Shown piece after piece: positions 27,745 through 37,233 of a stretch of 52,876 nucleotides of DNA. Origin of the DNA: an uncultured archaeon (GTDB taxonomy: Archaea > Nanohalarchaeota > Nanosalinia > Nanosalinales > Nanosalinaceae). Made by a program: the position numbers and the translations under genes. The notes beneath the pieces were generated by a model. It was not told where the DNA came from. It made no database searches and was given only the letters and a program-made list of their open reading frames with translations. The stretch covers positions 1 through 52,876 of the forward strand of contig CAYQYU010000007.1 of NCBI GenBank assembly GCA_964421955.1, given 5' to 3'. Numbering within the stretch: the first letter of the stretch is position 1; each line of letters begins with the position of its first letter.

Positions 27745-29424
27745 TTATTTATTCCTGTAGTCCTGGCGTATCTCGCTGACCTTCCCCAGTATCTCCTGGA
27801 CCCTTCTACCATTACTAACAGCATTCCGGATCTTCTCAATATACTCCTCGGTGGAGCGCGCCTCCTGGTCGATCCGCTGGGCTTCCTGTTCCTCGGCCTG
27901 CTCAGCTTCCCGCTCTTCTTCGAGAGTGCCCTCTTCTTCACTCGTTACCTGTTCCGCCTTCTGTTCGACGTCCTGCGCCTCCTCAAACTCAGACTCGATT
28001 CCCTGCTCGACCTGCTCATCCTCCTTTACGTCGCTTCCTATCTCCTGGATATCTCTCTCCTCTCGCTGGTCGTGCTCGTGGCTTTCGACGTACTCAACTT
28101 CCTCCTGGGTCTTCTGCTCAATATCCCCAAGCTCCTGTTTCAGTTGTTGAGCCTCACTAACTCCCTTCTGTAGCTCCTGCTCGACCTGCTGTTCCTCCTG
28201 CTCTGTTTCTTCCAGCTCCTGCTCGGCGCCGGTTATACGGTTCTTCGCATCGTCGAGTCTTTGCTTTACATCACCAAGGAAGCCCTGTCTAAGGTTCTCA
28301 ACCTGCTGTTCAATTTTTCCAAGCTCCTGGATGTCCTCCTGGGCCTGCTGTTCGTGCTGCTGTGCCGCCTGCTGGTTTCCCTGCTGCCTTGCCTCGGCGG
28401 CGGCCTCTTCCTGCTGCATGTAATCATCTATTAGCTGTTCAGCCCTATTTCTGAACTGCTGGAGCCTTCCCTCAGCCTCTTCTTCCTCTTCAGCCACCTG
28501 CTCCAGTTCCTGGTAAACCGTCTTCTCTATTTCCTCTACCTCCTTCAGGTGCTCAAGTTCAACTTCTTCCTTCTGGACCACATCCTCGATACCCTCTATA
28601 AGAGTCATCTCCCGCCTTTCACTGTCCTCGAACTCCTGGACGATCTGCTGCATTTCTTCACGGGCGCCGGCCGGGATGTTCCTGTCCTGGATCAGGTCCT
28701 GGGCCGCCTGCTCGAATGGCTCGTTCTTCAGTTTCTGGAACTGCTCTTCAAGATTCTTCGCCTTCTTCCTCTCGTCATTCCATTCATCAAAGCTGGATTT
28801 GATCTGTTTTCCCTGTTGTCCCAGCCGGCTACCAACATCTCCAAGTATATTCTTCACGCCGTTTATCCCCTTCTGTGTAGCGCGGCCTGCTGCTCGGGCC
28901 GCGCTGCCTCCAGATCCTCCTGTACGGCCGCCGCCTCCAAGACCTACCATGCCGAGGAGGTTGCCGCCGATTCCCATGTAACCTAGTCCTACGGCGAGGA
29001 ACGCAAACACACCGAAAACCATCAAACCCCAGAGACCAATAAACGCCGCAACACCATTAGCCGAAACAAAAGCAATAGCAAAAGCAAAACCCTTCGCACC
29101 CAGAGGTACTCCGTCGCTCTGGTAACTTCTACCCATATCCAGAGAGTCCTCGATCATGTGGAAGACCTTGGACACCAGGAACTTGGACGGGAAGTAGAAA
29201 CCAGCCACAACCGCAAGAAACAGGGCTCCTGTACTTATTGAGTCGATCGGGAATACGGTGATTGCGTTGAGCAAGCCCTGTATAAGTTCTGCAAAGCTGT
29301 CCGCGCTCAACGGATTGCTGCCCGTGATCTGGGCAGAGACAGACGTGAGCGAGAGCACTGCAAAAGCGGACATAGATAACAGTTTTTCAGTCAAGCCCCT
29401 TTCTGTCCTTGCTGCAGACAGCAT
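27745..29424 (-). CDS. Signal peptide + membrane domain + coiled-coil protein (paralogue B)
   Basis: VSA|QITGSNPLSADSFAELI nearly identical to paralogue A; divergent coiled-coil C-terminus. Confidence 0.82.
   Translation of the reverse strand: MLSAARTERGLTEKLLSMSAFAVLSLTSVSAQITGSNPLSADSFAELIQGLLNAITVFPIDSISTGALFLAVVAGFYFPSKFLVSKVFHMIEDSLDMGRSYQSDGVPLGAKGFAFAIAFVSANGVAAFIGLWGLMVFGVFAFLAVGLGYMGIGGNLLGMVGLGGGGRTGGSGGSAARAAGRATQKGINGVKNILGDVGSRLGQQGKQIKSSFDEWNDERKKAKNLEEQFQKLKNEPFEQAAQDLIQDRNIPAGAREEMQQIVQEFEDSERREMTLIEGIEDVVQKEEVELEHLKEVEEIEKTVYQELEQVAEEEEEAEGRLQQFRNRAEQLIDDYMQQEEAAAEARQQGNQQAAQQHEQQAQEDIQELGKIEQQVENLRQGFLGDVKQRLDDAKNRITGAEQELEETEQEEQQVEQELQKGVSEAQQLKQELGDIEQKTQEEVEYVESHEHDQREERDIQEIGSDVKEDEQVEQGIESEFEEAQDVEQKAEQVTSEEEGTLEEEREAEQAEEQEAQRIDQEARSTEEYIEKIRNAVSNGRRVQEILGKVSEIRQDYRNK
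28978..29113 (+). repeat. 136-bp exact repeat, copy 2
   Basis: Identical to 26489-26624. Confidence 0.95.
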
Positions 29425-29461
29425 ACATACCGTTTATTGTAGTTCCTCTTTAATAATTACG

Positions 29462-29710
29462 CTAATCCTGTTCCTCAAACTTCCCCAGTCTCTCCAGCGT
29501 CTCAAGTATACCCCAGGCGTATACCACGGATTCCCAGGCCCTGATGTAGTCTTCCTCCTCCAGGAAGTGCTCTGTGTCGTCCCTGTAGGCCAGAACGTTC
29601 TCCATCTGCTCCACGTCTTCATCGCGGTCTTCGAGCCGTTCCTCCAGCTTCTGAAGCCACTTCCTGGTCTCTTCTCTCAGCTTCTCCTGGGTCTTGTCCA
29701 TTAAATTCAC
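29462..29710 (-). CDS. DUF357 family protein
   Basis: AYRDDTEHFLEEEDYIRAWESVVYAWGILE; adjacent to dph5 as commonly seen in archaea. Confidence 0.85.
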   Translation of the reverse strand: MNLMDKTQEKLREETRKWLQKLEERLEDRDEDVEQMENVLAYRDDTEHFLEEEDYIRAWESVVYAWGILETLERLGKFEEQD

Positions 29711-30408
29711 CTGTGCTCCTCGATAAACTCCTCTTCCTTATGAGAGGTTTCTCCCGTTAGTATAATCGAGTGCGGGGGCTTCCCAAAATCAGAATCCTCG
29801 ATGCATGATAAACTGTCGACCGATATCGACTGTGACTCGTGGTTGGCTCTCTCGAGAACTATGGCTTCGCGATCACCTTCTATTCCAAGGTTGACCAGCT
29901 TCTCCGCGGCCTTGTTAGCAGGATAGTCGATGTCCAGAAGCACCAGACTGTGGAGGCCTAGGGAATCGTTCTCCCAGATATACTCGGCTACCGACTCTGG
30001 CGCCGAATCTTCGGGCAGAGTCACGACGCGACCGAGCTTGTAGATGTTCAGGCCGGTCTCTGCCACGGAAGACAGTATCGAAGGTGCGTGGATAACCTCG
30101 ATATCGATACCCTCCTGTTCCGCCCTGTGTTTGATGTCGTAGTGTGTCGTCGCGGTTAGAGGGTCTCCCGAGACCAGGAACGCAGTGTCCCTCTCCCGGG
30201 CGGATTCAAGTATTCTATCCTCCTGTTCGACCTCTTCCCGGTCAAGCTCTACTATCTCGGTGCCTGTTTCTTCCTCTAGAGCTTCGGTATCGATGTTCCC
30301 GGTGTTTGTGTAGAACTCCGCGAAAGCTTTCTCCACTTCACCAAGAGCCTCTACCCCTTTCCGGGTTATTTCCCGGTCGTCAAGCCCGAGTCCTATAATG
30401 TAGAGCAT
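29707..30408 (-). CDS. dph5: Diphthine synthase
   Basis: MLYIIGLGL, EFYTN, LVSGDPLTATTH, GLNIYKLG, LHSLVLLDI. Confidence 0.93.
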   Translation of the reverse strand: MLYIIGLGLDDREITRKGVEALGEVEKAFAEFYTNTGNIDTEALEEETGTEIVELDREEVEQEDRILESARERDTAFLVSGDPLTATTHYDIKHRAEQEGIDIEVIHAPSILSSVAETGLNIYKLGRVVTLPEDSAPESVAEYIWENDSLGLHSLVLLDIDYPANKAAEKLVNLGIEGDREAIVLERANHESQSISVDSLSCIEDSDFGKPPHSIILTGETSHKEEEFIEEHR

Positions 30409-30448
30409 AACCGTTATCCATAAACCAATACTTATTAGCACTTAGCAT

Positions 30449-31477
30449 ATGGAACAGAAAGAGCTCGAGCTCCGGGTAAAACAGATCTTCGAGCAGCAGG
30501 GCTTCGAAGTGAAAAGGTGGAACGACGAGTTTGTCGCGGGAAAAGGCAGTACGGAAAAAGAGATCCAGGTCTTCTCCTCAGAAGACCACAACCTCGAAGA
30601 CCTGAAGAACGAGGTAGAGCCGGGGACACTGGTGTTTGTCGATACGGGACTGGAGAGTATCGTGGAAGAAATAGAGAACGAGGTATCAGTGATCAGGGAG
30701 GACGATACCGAGGACTACGACCTGCCATCCTATGAGATTATCGGAGACTTGGTGATCATCAGCGAGCTTTCAGGGGATGAAGACGAATCGGTCAAGGGAA
30801 TCCTGGAGCACCACCCACACGTAGAGACTATCCTGCTGAAAGAAGAGCCGCTCTCCGGAGAGTTCCGGGTTGGCGGGTACAGGAAGCTCTACGGGGAAGA
30901 AACCGAGACAACCCACAAAGAGTTTGGTTGCCGCTACCGGATCGACCCCACGAAAGCCTATTTTTCCGAGAGGCTTGCGACCGAGAGAAAACGGGTGGTT
31001 GACCAGATCCAGGGCGGGGAAAAAATTCTCGTCATCGGAGCCGGAGTAGGGCCTTACGCGATCCTGGCCGCAAGAAAGGCTTCGCCCGAGAGAATTGTCG
31101 CGGTCGAGAAGAACCCCGATGCGTTTGAATACCTGGAGGCGAACATCGAGCTGAACGGGGTTGAGGACACCGTGGAGGCGGTCGAGGGGGATGCCCTGGA
31201 GGTCGTTTCTGGAAAGTTTGACAGGATAATAATCGCAATCCCTGAGTTCGGCAACGAGTTCCTTGAACTGGCGTTCGAGCACGCCGACACTGAGGCAAAA
31301 ATCCATTACTACAGCTTCATGGAGGATAAGGACTGGGAGCCGCTTATGGAAGAAGTAGAAAGGGTCGCGGAAAAACTTGGGATGGATTATAGGATAGAAG
31401 ACAGGGCCGTCTGTGGACAGAGAGGGCCTTCAGTTGACCGGGTATGTATCGACATCGAACTCGTCAGTAGAAAGTAA
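30449..31477 (+). CDS. Trm5/Taw2-family tRNA methyltransferase
   Basis: SYEIIGD, ETTHKEFG, AYFSERLATER, GAGVGPYAI, EKNPDA. Confidence 0.88.
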   Translation: MEQKELELRVKQIFEQQGFEVKRWNDEFVAGKGSTEKEIQVFSSEDHNLEDLKNEVEPGTLVFVDTGLESIVEEIENEVSVIREDDTEDYDLPSYEIIGDLVIISELSGDEDESVKGILEHHPHVETILLKEEPLSGEFRVGGYRKLYGEETETTHKEFGCRYRIDPTKAYFSERLATERKRVVDQIQGGEKILVIGAGVGPYAILAARKASPERIVAVEKNPDAFEYLEANIELNGVEDTVEAVEGDALEVVSGKFDRIIIAIPEFGNEFLELAFEHADTEAKIHYYSFMEDKDWEPLMEEVERVAEKLGMDYRIEDRAVCGQRGPSVDRVCIDIELVSRK

Positions 31478-31596
31478 TATAACATCTTCTTCGTCTTCTA
31501 ATTCTTGCGCCATAAGAAGCATTCTCAAAATCTCGCGGAGCAAATCATTCACACTTAAAAGAGTGTTGTCACTAGTCAATAGATAAAGGTGTTCTG

Positions 31597-32988
31597 ATGA
31601 TTCGATCCGAGGAAATAATCAATGAATTGCCTGACGCCAATAACCCCCGGTTAAATGCATTTGTGGCGATGAACGACCCTTACTACGGCAACATAAAAGG
31701 TCTGGATCCTAGGAAGGGTTTTCTTGTGGAAAACGACTTTCTTAACGTACTCGGGATGAGCGAGCACACAGAAGGAGATGGCAGAGACGTCTTTGGAATA
31801 GAAGATGGTCAGATAAGAGTAGGCGGGCACGAGATTGAAGCATTAAATGAAGAGATGGGAGGAAAGACAGCAACAATATTCACAACCAACTCTGCAATGG
31901 AGAACCTTGGAGGAGAAGGAGCCAGACTACTGGCAGAGTCGGACGAAGTGAACATAATTAATCCAAGACCCCTTTACTCAATAGCGAACCACAAAGGCAC
32001 CCAACACTACCTCTTTGATCAAAGCCCTGCACCAGTCCCGTTCTATGTTCACAGTAGCGAATACTCAGGATTCTCAACAGAAATCGGAGGGCCCAGGGTT
32101 GCAGCAGAGAAACTGGTAGAGGAATTCGAGAGGCGACTGGGATACGACGGACCTGTTGTAGCTAAGAAGGACAATGGAGGCAGAGGAGAAGACGTAGAAT
32201 TCAATGAAAGCCCACGGAAACTTGCAGAAAAGTGGCTATCAGAAGGCGAGGTTCCTAACGATGAAGTTATACAGATAGCAGTTGATCCTCTCTACGACGA
32301 AAGAATAATCGTGGGGGGAGACTGCGTGCCGATAACTGCCGAAGAGCGGTACGGAGATCCGGAGAGCGATCTATGTAACATGACACAGGTCGATCCAACA
32401 CAATCTGACCGAGTCAGTATCGACAGCCTAGGAGGAAAGATAGTAAGATGTCTAGAAGAAGGTCTGGCAGAACCAGTTGATATAGAAGATCTCGACGACG
32501 CAAAAATAGATCTACTTGAAGACGTATACGACTCGGTAATGACTTACGTTGAAAGAGAGTTCGGACACAGCGACAACTACAGGCAGAACTTTAGAGGCAG
32601 CATGGACGTACTTGCCTTCGATCCTCACGAACAGGACCATCTGCCTGAAGACATGCTGGACGGCCTTATGGAGTACGTAACAGAAGACGGATACGGACTT
32701 ATCCCTATCGAGTGGAATAACCAATCCGGATCAATGGTGGATGCAGTAAACATGGTCTACCCCCATCAAGACTCTGCCGCCAACCTTGCAAAACAAATGT
32801 ACACTATAAGCGAGGGCGGAGATTTCAAAGAACCAAGTCTACCCTCAAACATGTGTTATGAGGACCTGATACCGGACGGAAATCTTGACGAAGTAAGAGA
32901 AAGAAACAGATACTTTGGCCTCTTTAACAAATCAGGACTTGAAATGAGTCCCGATGAACTCTATGCCCTTTCTAAGTCCTCTATATGA
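31597..32988 (+). CDS. Divergent ATP-grasp (RimK-like) ligase
   Basis: ANHK, PVVAKKDNGGRGEDV, VIQ...DERIIVGG, SMDVL, IEWNNQSG match the ATP-grasp motif order. Confidence 0.7.
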   Translation: MIRSEEIINELPDANNPRLNAFVAMNDPYYGNIKGLDPRKGFLVENDFLNVLGMSEHTEGDGRDVFGIEDGQIRVGGHEIEALNEEMGGKTATIFTTNSAMENLGGEGARLLAESDEVNIINPRPLYSIANHKGTQHYLFDQSPAPVPFYVHSSEYSGFSTEIGGPRVAAEKLVEEFERRLGYDGPVVAKKDNGGRGEDVEFNESPRKLAEKWLSEGEVPNDEVIQIAVDPLYDERIIVGGDCVPITAEERYGDPESDLCNMTQVDPTQSDRVSIDSLGGKIVRCLEEGLAEPVDIEDLDDAKIDLLEDVYDSVMTYVEREFGHSDNYRQNFRGSMDVLAFDPHEQDHLPEDMLDGLMEYVTEDGYGLIPIEWNNQSGSMVDAVNMVYPHQDSAANLAKQMYTISEGGDFKEPSLPSNMCYEDLIPDGNLDEVRERNRYFGLFNKSGLEMSPDELYALSKSSI

Positions 32989-33063
32989 TATGAAACAGGC
33001 CAACACCTAAGCACTAAAGTGAAACAAAATATATAAAACTATTATCACGATGAAGTAGATACA

Positions 33064-34002
33064 ATGTCTGATAAAAATAATAAGAACTACGGCGGAGTAC
33101 TTGGGAACCGCGATTTTGAGCCCGTTACAGGCGGAGAAGAAGGTATGCCCGACATCGTAGTTACAGGAGGAGAAGAAGGAGGAACAGAAGACCCCGAAGT
33201 CGGAATAGACTACGAAAAACTGGCAGAATTACTCACAGAGGATATTGCGGACGAATTTGGCCCCTATTTCGATGAGTTAGATGTACAGCTGGATGAAATA
33301 AACCACTACCTGGCAAACGAAATTCTTCCACGGCTAGACAACGTGTACGAGAATGCCGAGGATCTGGCCGATGATCTCGAAGACCTTTCAGACCAGATCG
33401 AGGCAGGATTCGACGCAATGGTCGACGAGGAGTACATCGAAGGTCAGCACCAGAGGACAAGAGGCGCGATCAGGAGCGAGGGCGACCGCATAATAAACTA
33501 TATAGACGAGACTCTTGAGGGCGACGACGTGGGCAACGATAGACGGGGCTTCCTCAAATATCTGCTTGGAGCAGGCGCCGTGGGAGCTCTAGGCGGAGTC
33601 GGCTGGGGCTGGGCCAACGGTTATTTCTGGGGAGATATACTTGACGACACAGTAGAAGACCCAAATGAAGGACAGATCGTGGTAGACCAGACAGACACGC
33701 CGACACAGACCCCCGAGCCAACTGACAGGCCGACGACAGTGCCGCCAGATAACTCCGTGTACACCCAGGCGTGGGATCAGGAATCAGTCAGCCAGTGGAA
33801 TAACTTCGAGTCAGAACGGGTGCCAGGACAGATTGAGGAAATATATCCTGGAGGTAACGGGAAAGACGAACAGCTAATTATAGTCGAAAACACCGCAGGA
33901 GACGCCTACGAGGCGTCCTACCAGGAACTCGGAATTGATCGACAGGAGGAAGTAGCCCTCGAATCTTCGGAAAGTTACCTCGAATTCTTCAACCTCGACT
34001 GA
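33064..34002 (+). CDS. Membrane protein with duplicated VTGGEEG motif, coiled coil and internal RRGFLK motif
   Basis: Direct reading of the translation; PT-rich linker after the TM segment. Confidence 0.78.
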   Translation: MSDKNNKNYGGVLGNRDFEPVTGGEEGMPDIVVTGGEEGGTEDPEVGIDYEKLAELLTEDIADEFGPYFDELDVQLDEINHYLANEILPRLDNVYENAEDLADDLEDLSDQIEAGFDAMVDEEYIEGQHQRTRGAIRSEGDRIINYIDETLEGDDVGNDRRGFLKYLLGAGAVGALGGVGWGWANGYFWGDILDDTVEDPNEGQIVVDQTDTPTQTPEPTDRPTTVPPDNSVYTQAWDQESVSQWNNFESERVPGQIEEIYPGGNGKDEQLIIVENTAGDAYEASYQELGIDRQEEVALESSESYLEFFNLD

Positions 34003-34075
34003 TCGAAGGCTTTATATTATTTACTGCATAGTGACAACTATAATGATCGGAATGTCCAGAGGGCGCTTAACTCAA

Positions 34076-37000
34076 ATGAACATCTCAAAAGCCGTCCTGA
34101 TTGCTCTAACAGTTATTCTAGCACTTTCAGCCGTTCCAATAGCAGCAGCCAACACTTTGCCCGATGTGGACCTTGTATCTCCACGCGGAAGTATAGACTC
34201 CAGCAGCCCATCATTCACATGGAACGGCGAGGACCCCGACGGGGACCGCATAGACTATAAATTCTATCTACAGAGAGGGGACGGCAACCCGTTCACTGGG
34301 GCCGACATAGTTAGAGAATACAATAATAAACAGAGCGGAGAGTTCTCGACAGGCTCAATCGATCTTGATTCAGATACCACATACAGCTGGGGAGTCAAGG
34401 CCGACGACGGACAGGGAATAGGAAACTCCCGGTCGGACGTCTGGACATTCACCACCACCGACACGACAGACAACGAGCTACCGACTATAGATATCGAGGA
34501 ACTCGGCAACAACGAACCCGTAGATCCCGAATTCAGGTGGACAGGAGAAGACAGTGATGGCGATGAACTCGATTACACGCTTTACATTGAAAGAGGTTCA
34601 GGCAATCCATTCGTAGGAGAAGACTTCAGGTTTGACTACGTTAACAGGGATCCTGGAGATACTGTTTCCGTTTCACCCGTGAGGCTCGACCCCGGAACAG
34701 AATACACCTGGGGAGTCAAGGCCGACGACGGACAGGGAATAGGAAAGGCAAGATCCTCCACAGACACTTTCGAGACAGAGGATGAAGGAGACGAAAACCA
34801 GGCTCCTAACGCAGAGTTCACAAAGAGTACAGACGGCCTCACGGTAGAAGTCGACGCATCCGCGAGCAGCGACGGGGACGGAAATATAGACGAATACGAG
34901 TGGAAGTGGACCGAGGACGACGACTTTGACGAGGGCGACGAAACAGAATCACACACTTACGGCAGCGAGGGAACCTACGAGATTACCCTCAGAGTCACAG
35001 ATGACGACGATGCATCAGATACAAGGACGAGAACCGTAACGGTTTCCAGGCCGGAAGACGATGATGACGACTTCGATACAGGACACTGCGAGGTCGTTCC
35101 CGGATTCATGGAAGTCGAACCCGGAACCATACAGAGAGGAGAAGACGCAGAGGCAAAGATCGTGGTTTTCAACCAGGGCGACAGTCAGCGCGTGAGAACA
35201 ATATTCAGGACCGACTACGGCGAAAGGAAGACGCGGGAGAAAACTATTCCCGGAAACGGTCAGAGAACGTTCAGCGCGAGATTCTCGCCTGAAGAAGACA
35301 CCGAAATCTCCTCACACGTAAGCACCGTCGATGACGGCCCGTGTGGCGAGAGCAAGCTCGGGATCCAGACCCAAGCGGTAGACGTTTACAGCAGAGACAC
35401 TGAAGAAGGAAACCTCGAGGTAATAGTTGAAGACAAGGACGGCGACTACATAAGGAATGCGCGTGTCGACCTCGAGAACGGGAACCGCGAGGTTGACTTC
35501 ACAAACAGTAATGGAAGAGCGTTCTTCGATCTTGACTCCGGCCAGCAAGAGGTAACAGTTTCCAAATCAGGCTACAGCACAGAGACCAGAAGTAAATACA
35601 TCTCAGAGGGAGGAGACGAAACCCTTACATTTGTGCTTGATAGCGACGATGACGACGAATCGGATGACGACGATGATACAACAGAAGAAGATGCCACGCT
35701 CGAAGTTGACGTTGAAGATGAGGACGACGACCCGATAGAAGACGCCACGGTAGAGGTTATCAACGGCGATGGCGATATAAAGGAAACAGACGACGAGGGA
35801 GAGGCATCATTCACACTTGACCCCGATGAATACGACATAGTTGTTTCCAAATCAGGCTACCAGCCCAGGTCGAGAGAGGTCGATCTTGACGAGGGAGAGG
35901 ACGAAAGAATCTCATTCACACTTCGGAGAACAGACGACGGATTCGACGATGAGGGAGTACAGATAGAAGATGTGAACTACCCTGATTCCGTCTGCCGTGG
36001 AAACAATCTAGTGGTCGAAGTGGAAGTATCGAAAACCGGCGACCGCTTCGAGACCGTGAGACTCACCGGAAGCGGACTTGGATCCAGCGTTTCGACAGCA
36101 AGCTTCACGCTTGAGGAAGACGAGACACGAACCCGGAATGTAAGATTCAGAGATGTCGAAGGATCTGGCAGCGAGAGGTTCACCATAATAGCAACCAACC
36201 ACAACTCCGACAGAACCTCCCGCACAGTAGATGTCGATGACTGTTTTGGAGAAGATACTGACGACGCCACAGGAATAAGCATGGAGGTCAGTCCGGACAG
36301 GGCGAGAGTCGGAGAATCAGTAAAGGTATCAGGCTTCCTTGACGGGACCAATAGCAGGACAGAAGTCACGATCCGGGTCAATGGAGACCGGGTCAAAAGG
36401 GTCGATTCACAGCCCGATGGATACTACCAGACATTTATAACCACCGAAAGAGTCGGAGACCTTACAGTTACTGCCTCAACCGGCGAGGTAAGCAAGTCAA
36501 GAACGCTTGAATCACTACCGACAACCAATGTTGTCCATGCAGACTCGCCTGACACTGTTGTCGAGGGCGAGGAATTTGAGATCTGCGCAGACGTGAACTC
36601 GCAGATTACTCCAAGAGTCGACCTTGTAAGAGATGGAAGGGTCATCGACTCGAAGAACGCGAAGGAGGAGGTGTGCTTTGAGATAACTGCCTCGGATACA
36701 GGAACACACACCTACAGGGTCGACGCAGTGGCGAGAGGATACAGGAGCTCCGCGACCACAGAAGTAGAAATTATCGAGGACGACTCAGAAGCGAAAAGCT
36801 TCCCTGACCAGATAGCATCTGTCGAATCAGGAGACGGCATAGTGAAGGCAACAATCTACAACAACAACGACGAGAAGAAGACCTACGACGTCACGCTCTT
36901 CGGGGTCCCTGACAGCTGGACATCGCAGACTGACAGGGAAGTAATACTCATGCCTGGAGAGAGACAGGAGGTATTCTTCTACATCACACCACAGAGCGAG

Positions 37001-37141
37001 GGAGTGTTCAACACAGAGATACAGATAGACTCAGAAGGAGAAACCGTGTATCGGCAGCAGGTCCAGATCAACTCTGGGGGGACTGCCACAGACCTTGAAA
37101 AATCCCTTATACAGCACCTACTCGAGAGGTTAGGCGCCTAA
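34076..37141 (+). CDS. Secreted multi-Ig surface protein (PKD and PEGA/carboxypeptidase-regulatory-like modules)
   Basis: Sec signal MNISKAVLIAL...AAA; PKD-type DASASSDGDG...YEW...HTY...GTYEITLRVTDDD; duplicated domains. Confidence 0.82.
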   Translation: MNISKAVLIALTVILALSAVPIAAANTLPDVDLVSPRGSIDSSSPSFTWNGEDPDGDRIDYKFYLQRGDGNPFTGADIVREYNNKQSGEFSTGSIDLDSDTTYSWGVKADDGQGIGNSRSDVWTFTTTDTTDNELPTIDIEELGNNEPVDPEFRWTGEDSDGDELDYTLYIERGSGNPFVGEDFRFDYVNRDPGDTVSVSPVRLDPGTEYTWGVKADDGQGIGKARSSTDTFETEDEGDENQAPNAEFTKSTDGLTVEVDASASSDGDGNIDEYEWKWTEDDDFDEGDETESHTYGSEGTYEITLRVTDDDDASDTRTRTVTVSRPEDDDDDFDTGHCEVVPGFMEVEPGTIQRGEDAEAKIVVFNQGDSQRVRTIFRTDYGERKTREKTIPGNGQRTFSARFSPEEDTEISSHVSTVDDGPCGESKLGIQTQAVDVYSRDTEEGNLEVIVEDKDGDYIRNARVDLENGNREVDFTNSNGRAFFDLDSGQQEVTVSKSGYSTETRSKYISEGGDETLTFVLDSDDDDESDDDDDTTEEDATLEVDVEDEDDDPIEDATVEVINGDGDIKETDDEGEASFTLDPDEYDIVVSKSGYQPRSREVDLDEGEDERISFTLRRTDDGFDDEGVQIEDVNYPDSVCRGNNLVVEVEVSKTGDRFETVRLTGSGLGSSVSTASFTLEEDETRTRNVRFRDVEGSGSERFTIIATNHNSDRTSRTVDVDDCFGEDTDDATGISMEVSPDRARVGESVKVSGFLDGTNSRTEVTIRVNGDRVKRVDSQPDGYYQTFITTERVGDLTVTASTGEVSKSRTLESLPTTNVVHADSPDTVVEGEEFEICADVNSQITPRVDLVRDGRVIDSKNAKEEVCFEITASDTGTHTYRVDAVARGYRSSATTEVEIIEDDSEAKSFPDQIASVESGDGIVKATIYNNNDEKKTYDVTLFGVPDSWTSQTDREVILMPGERQEVFFYITPQSEGVFNTEIQIDSEGETVYRQQVQINSGGTATDLEKSLIQHLLERLGA
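34387..34746 (+). repeat. 39-bp exact intragenic repeat (34387-34425 and 34708-34746)
   Basis: ctggggagtcaaggccgacgacggacagggaataggaaa occurs twice (WGVKADDGQGIG). Confidence 0.9.
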
Positions 37142-37152
37142 AACTTTCGTCT

Positions 37153-37183
37153 TTGATAAGTGACTAAGATCTGTCACTATCAA
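37153..37183. promoter_or_regulatory. Intergenic inverted repeat (terminator or operator)
   Basis: ttgata(a)gtgac-N8-gtcactatcaa between the two surface-protein genes. Confidence 0.5.
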
Positions 37184-37233
37184 CGAATATTTAAAAGTTA
37201 GATAAAGTGTTATTTCTAGGTGACAATACAATA

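Noticed and set aside
26489-29113. DGR template/variable repeat pair
   Set aside because: Copies are identical with no adenine-specific mismatches, and no reverse transcriptase is in the window
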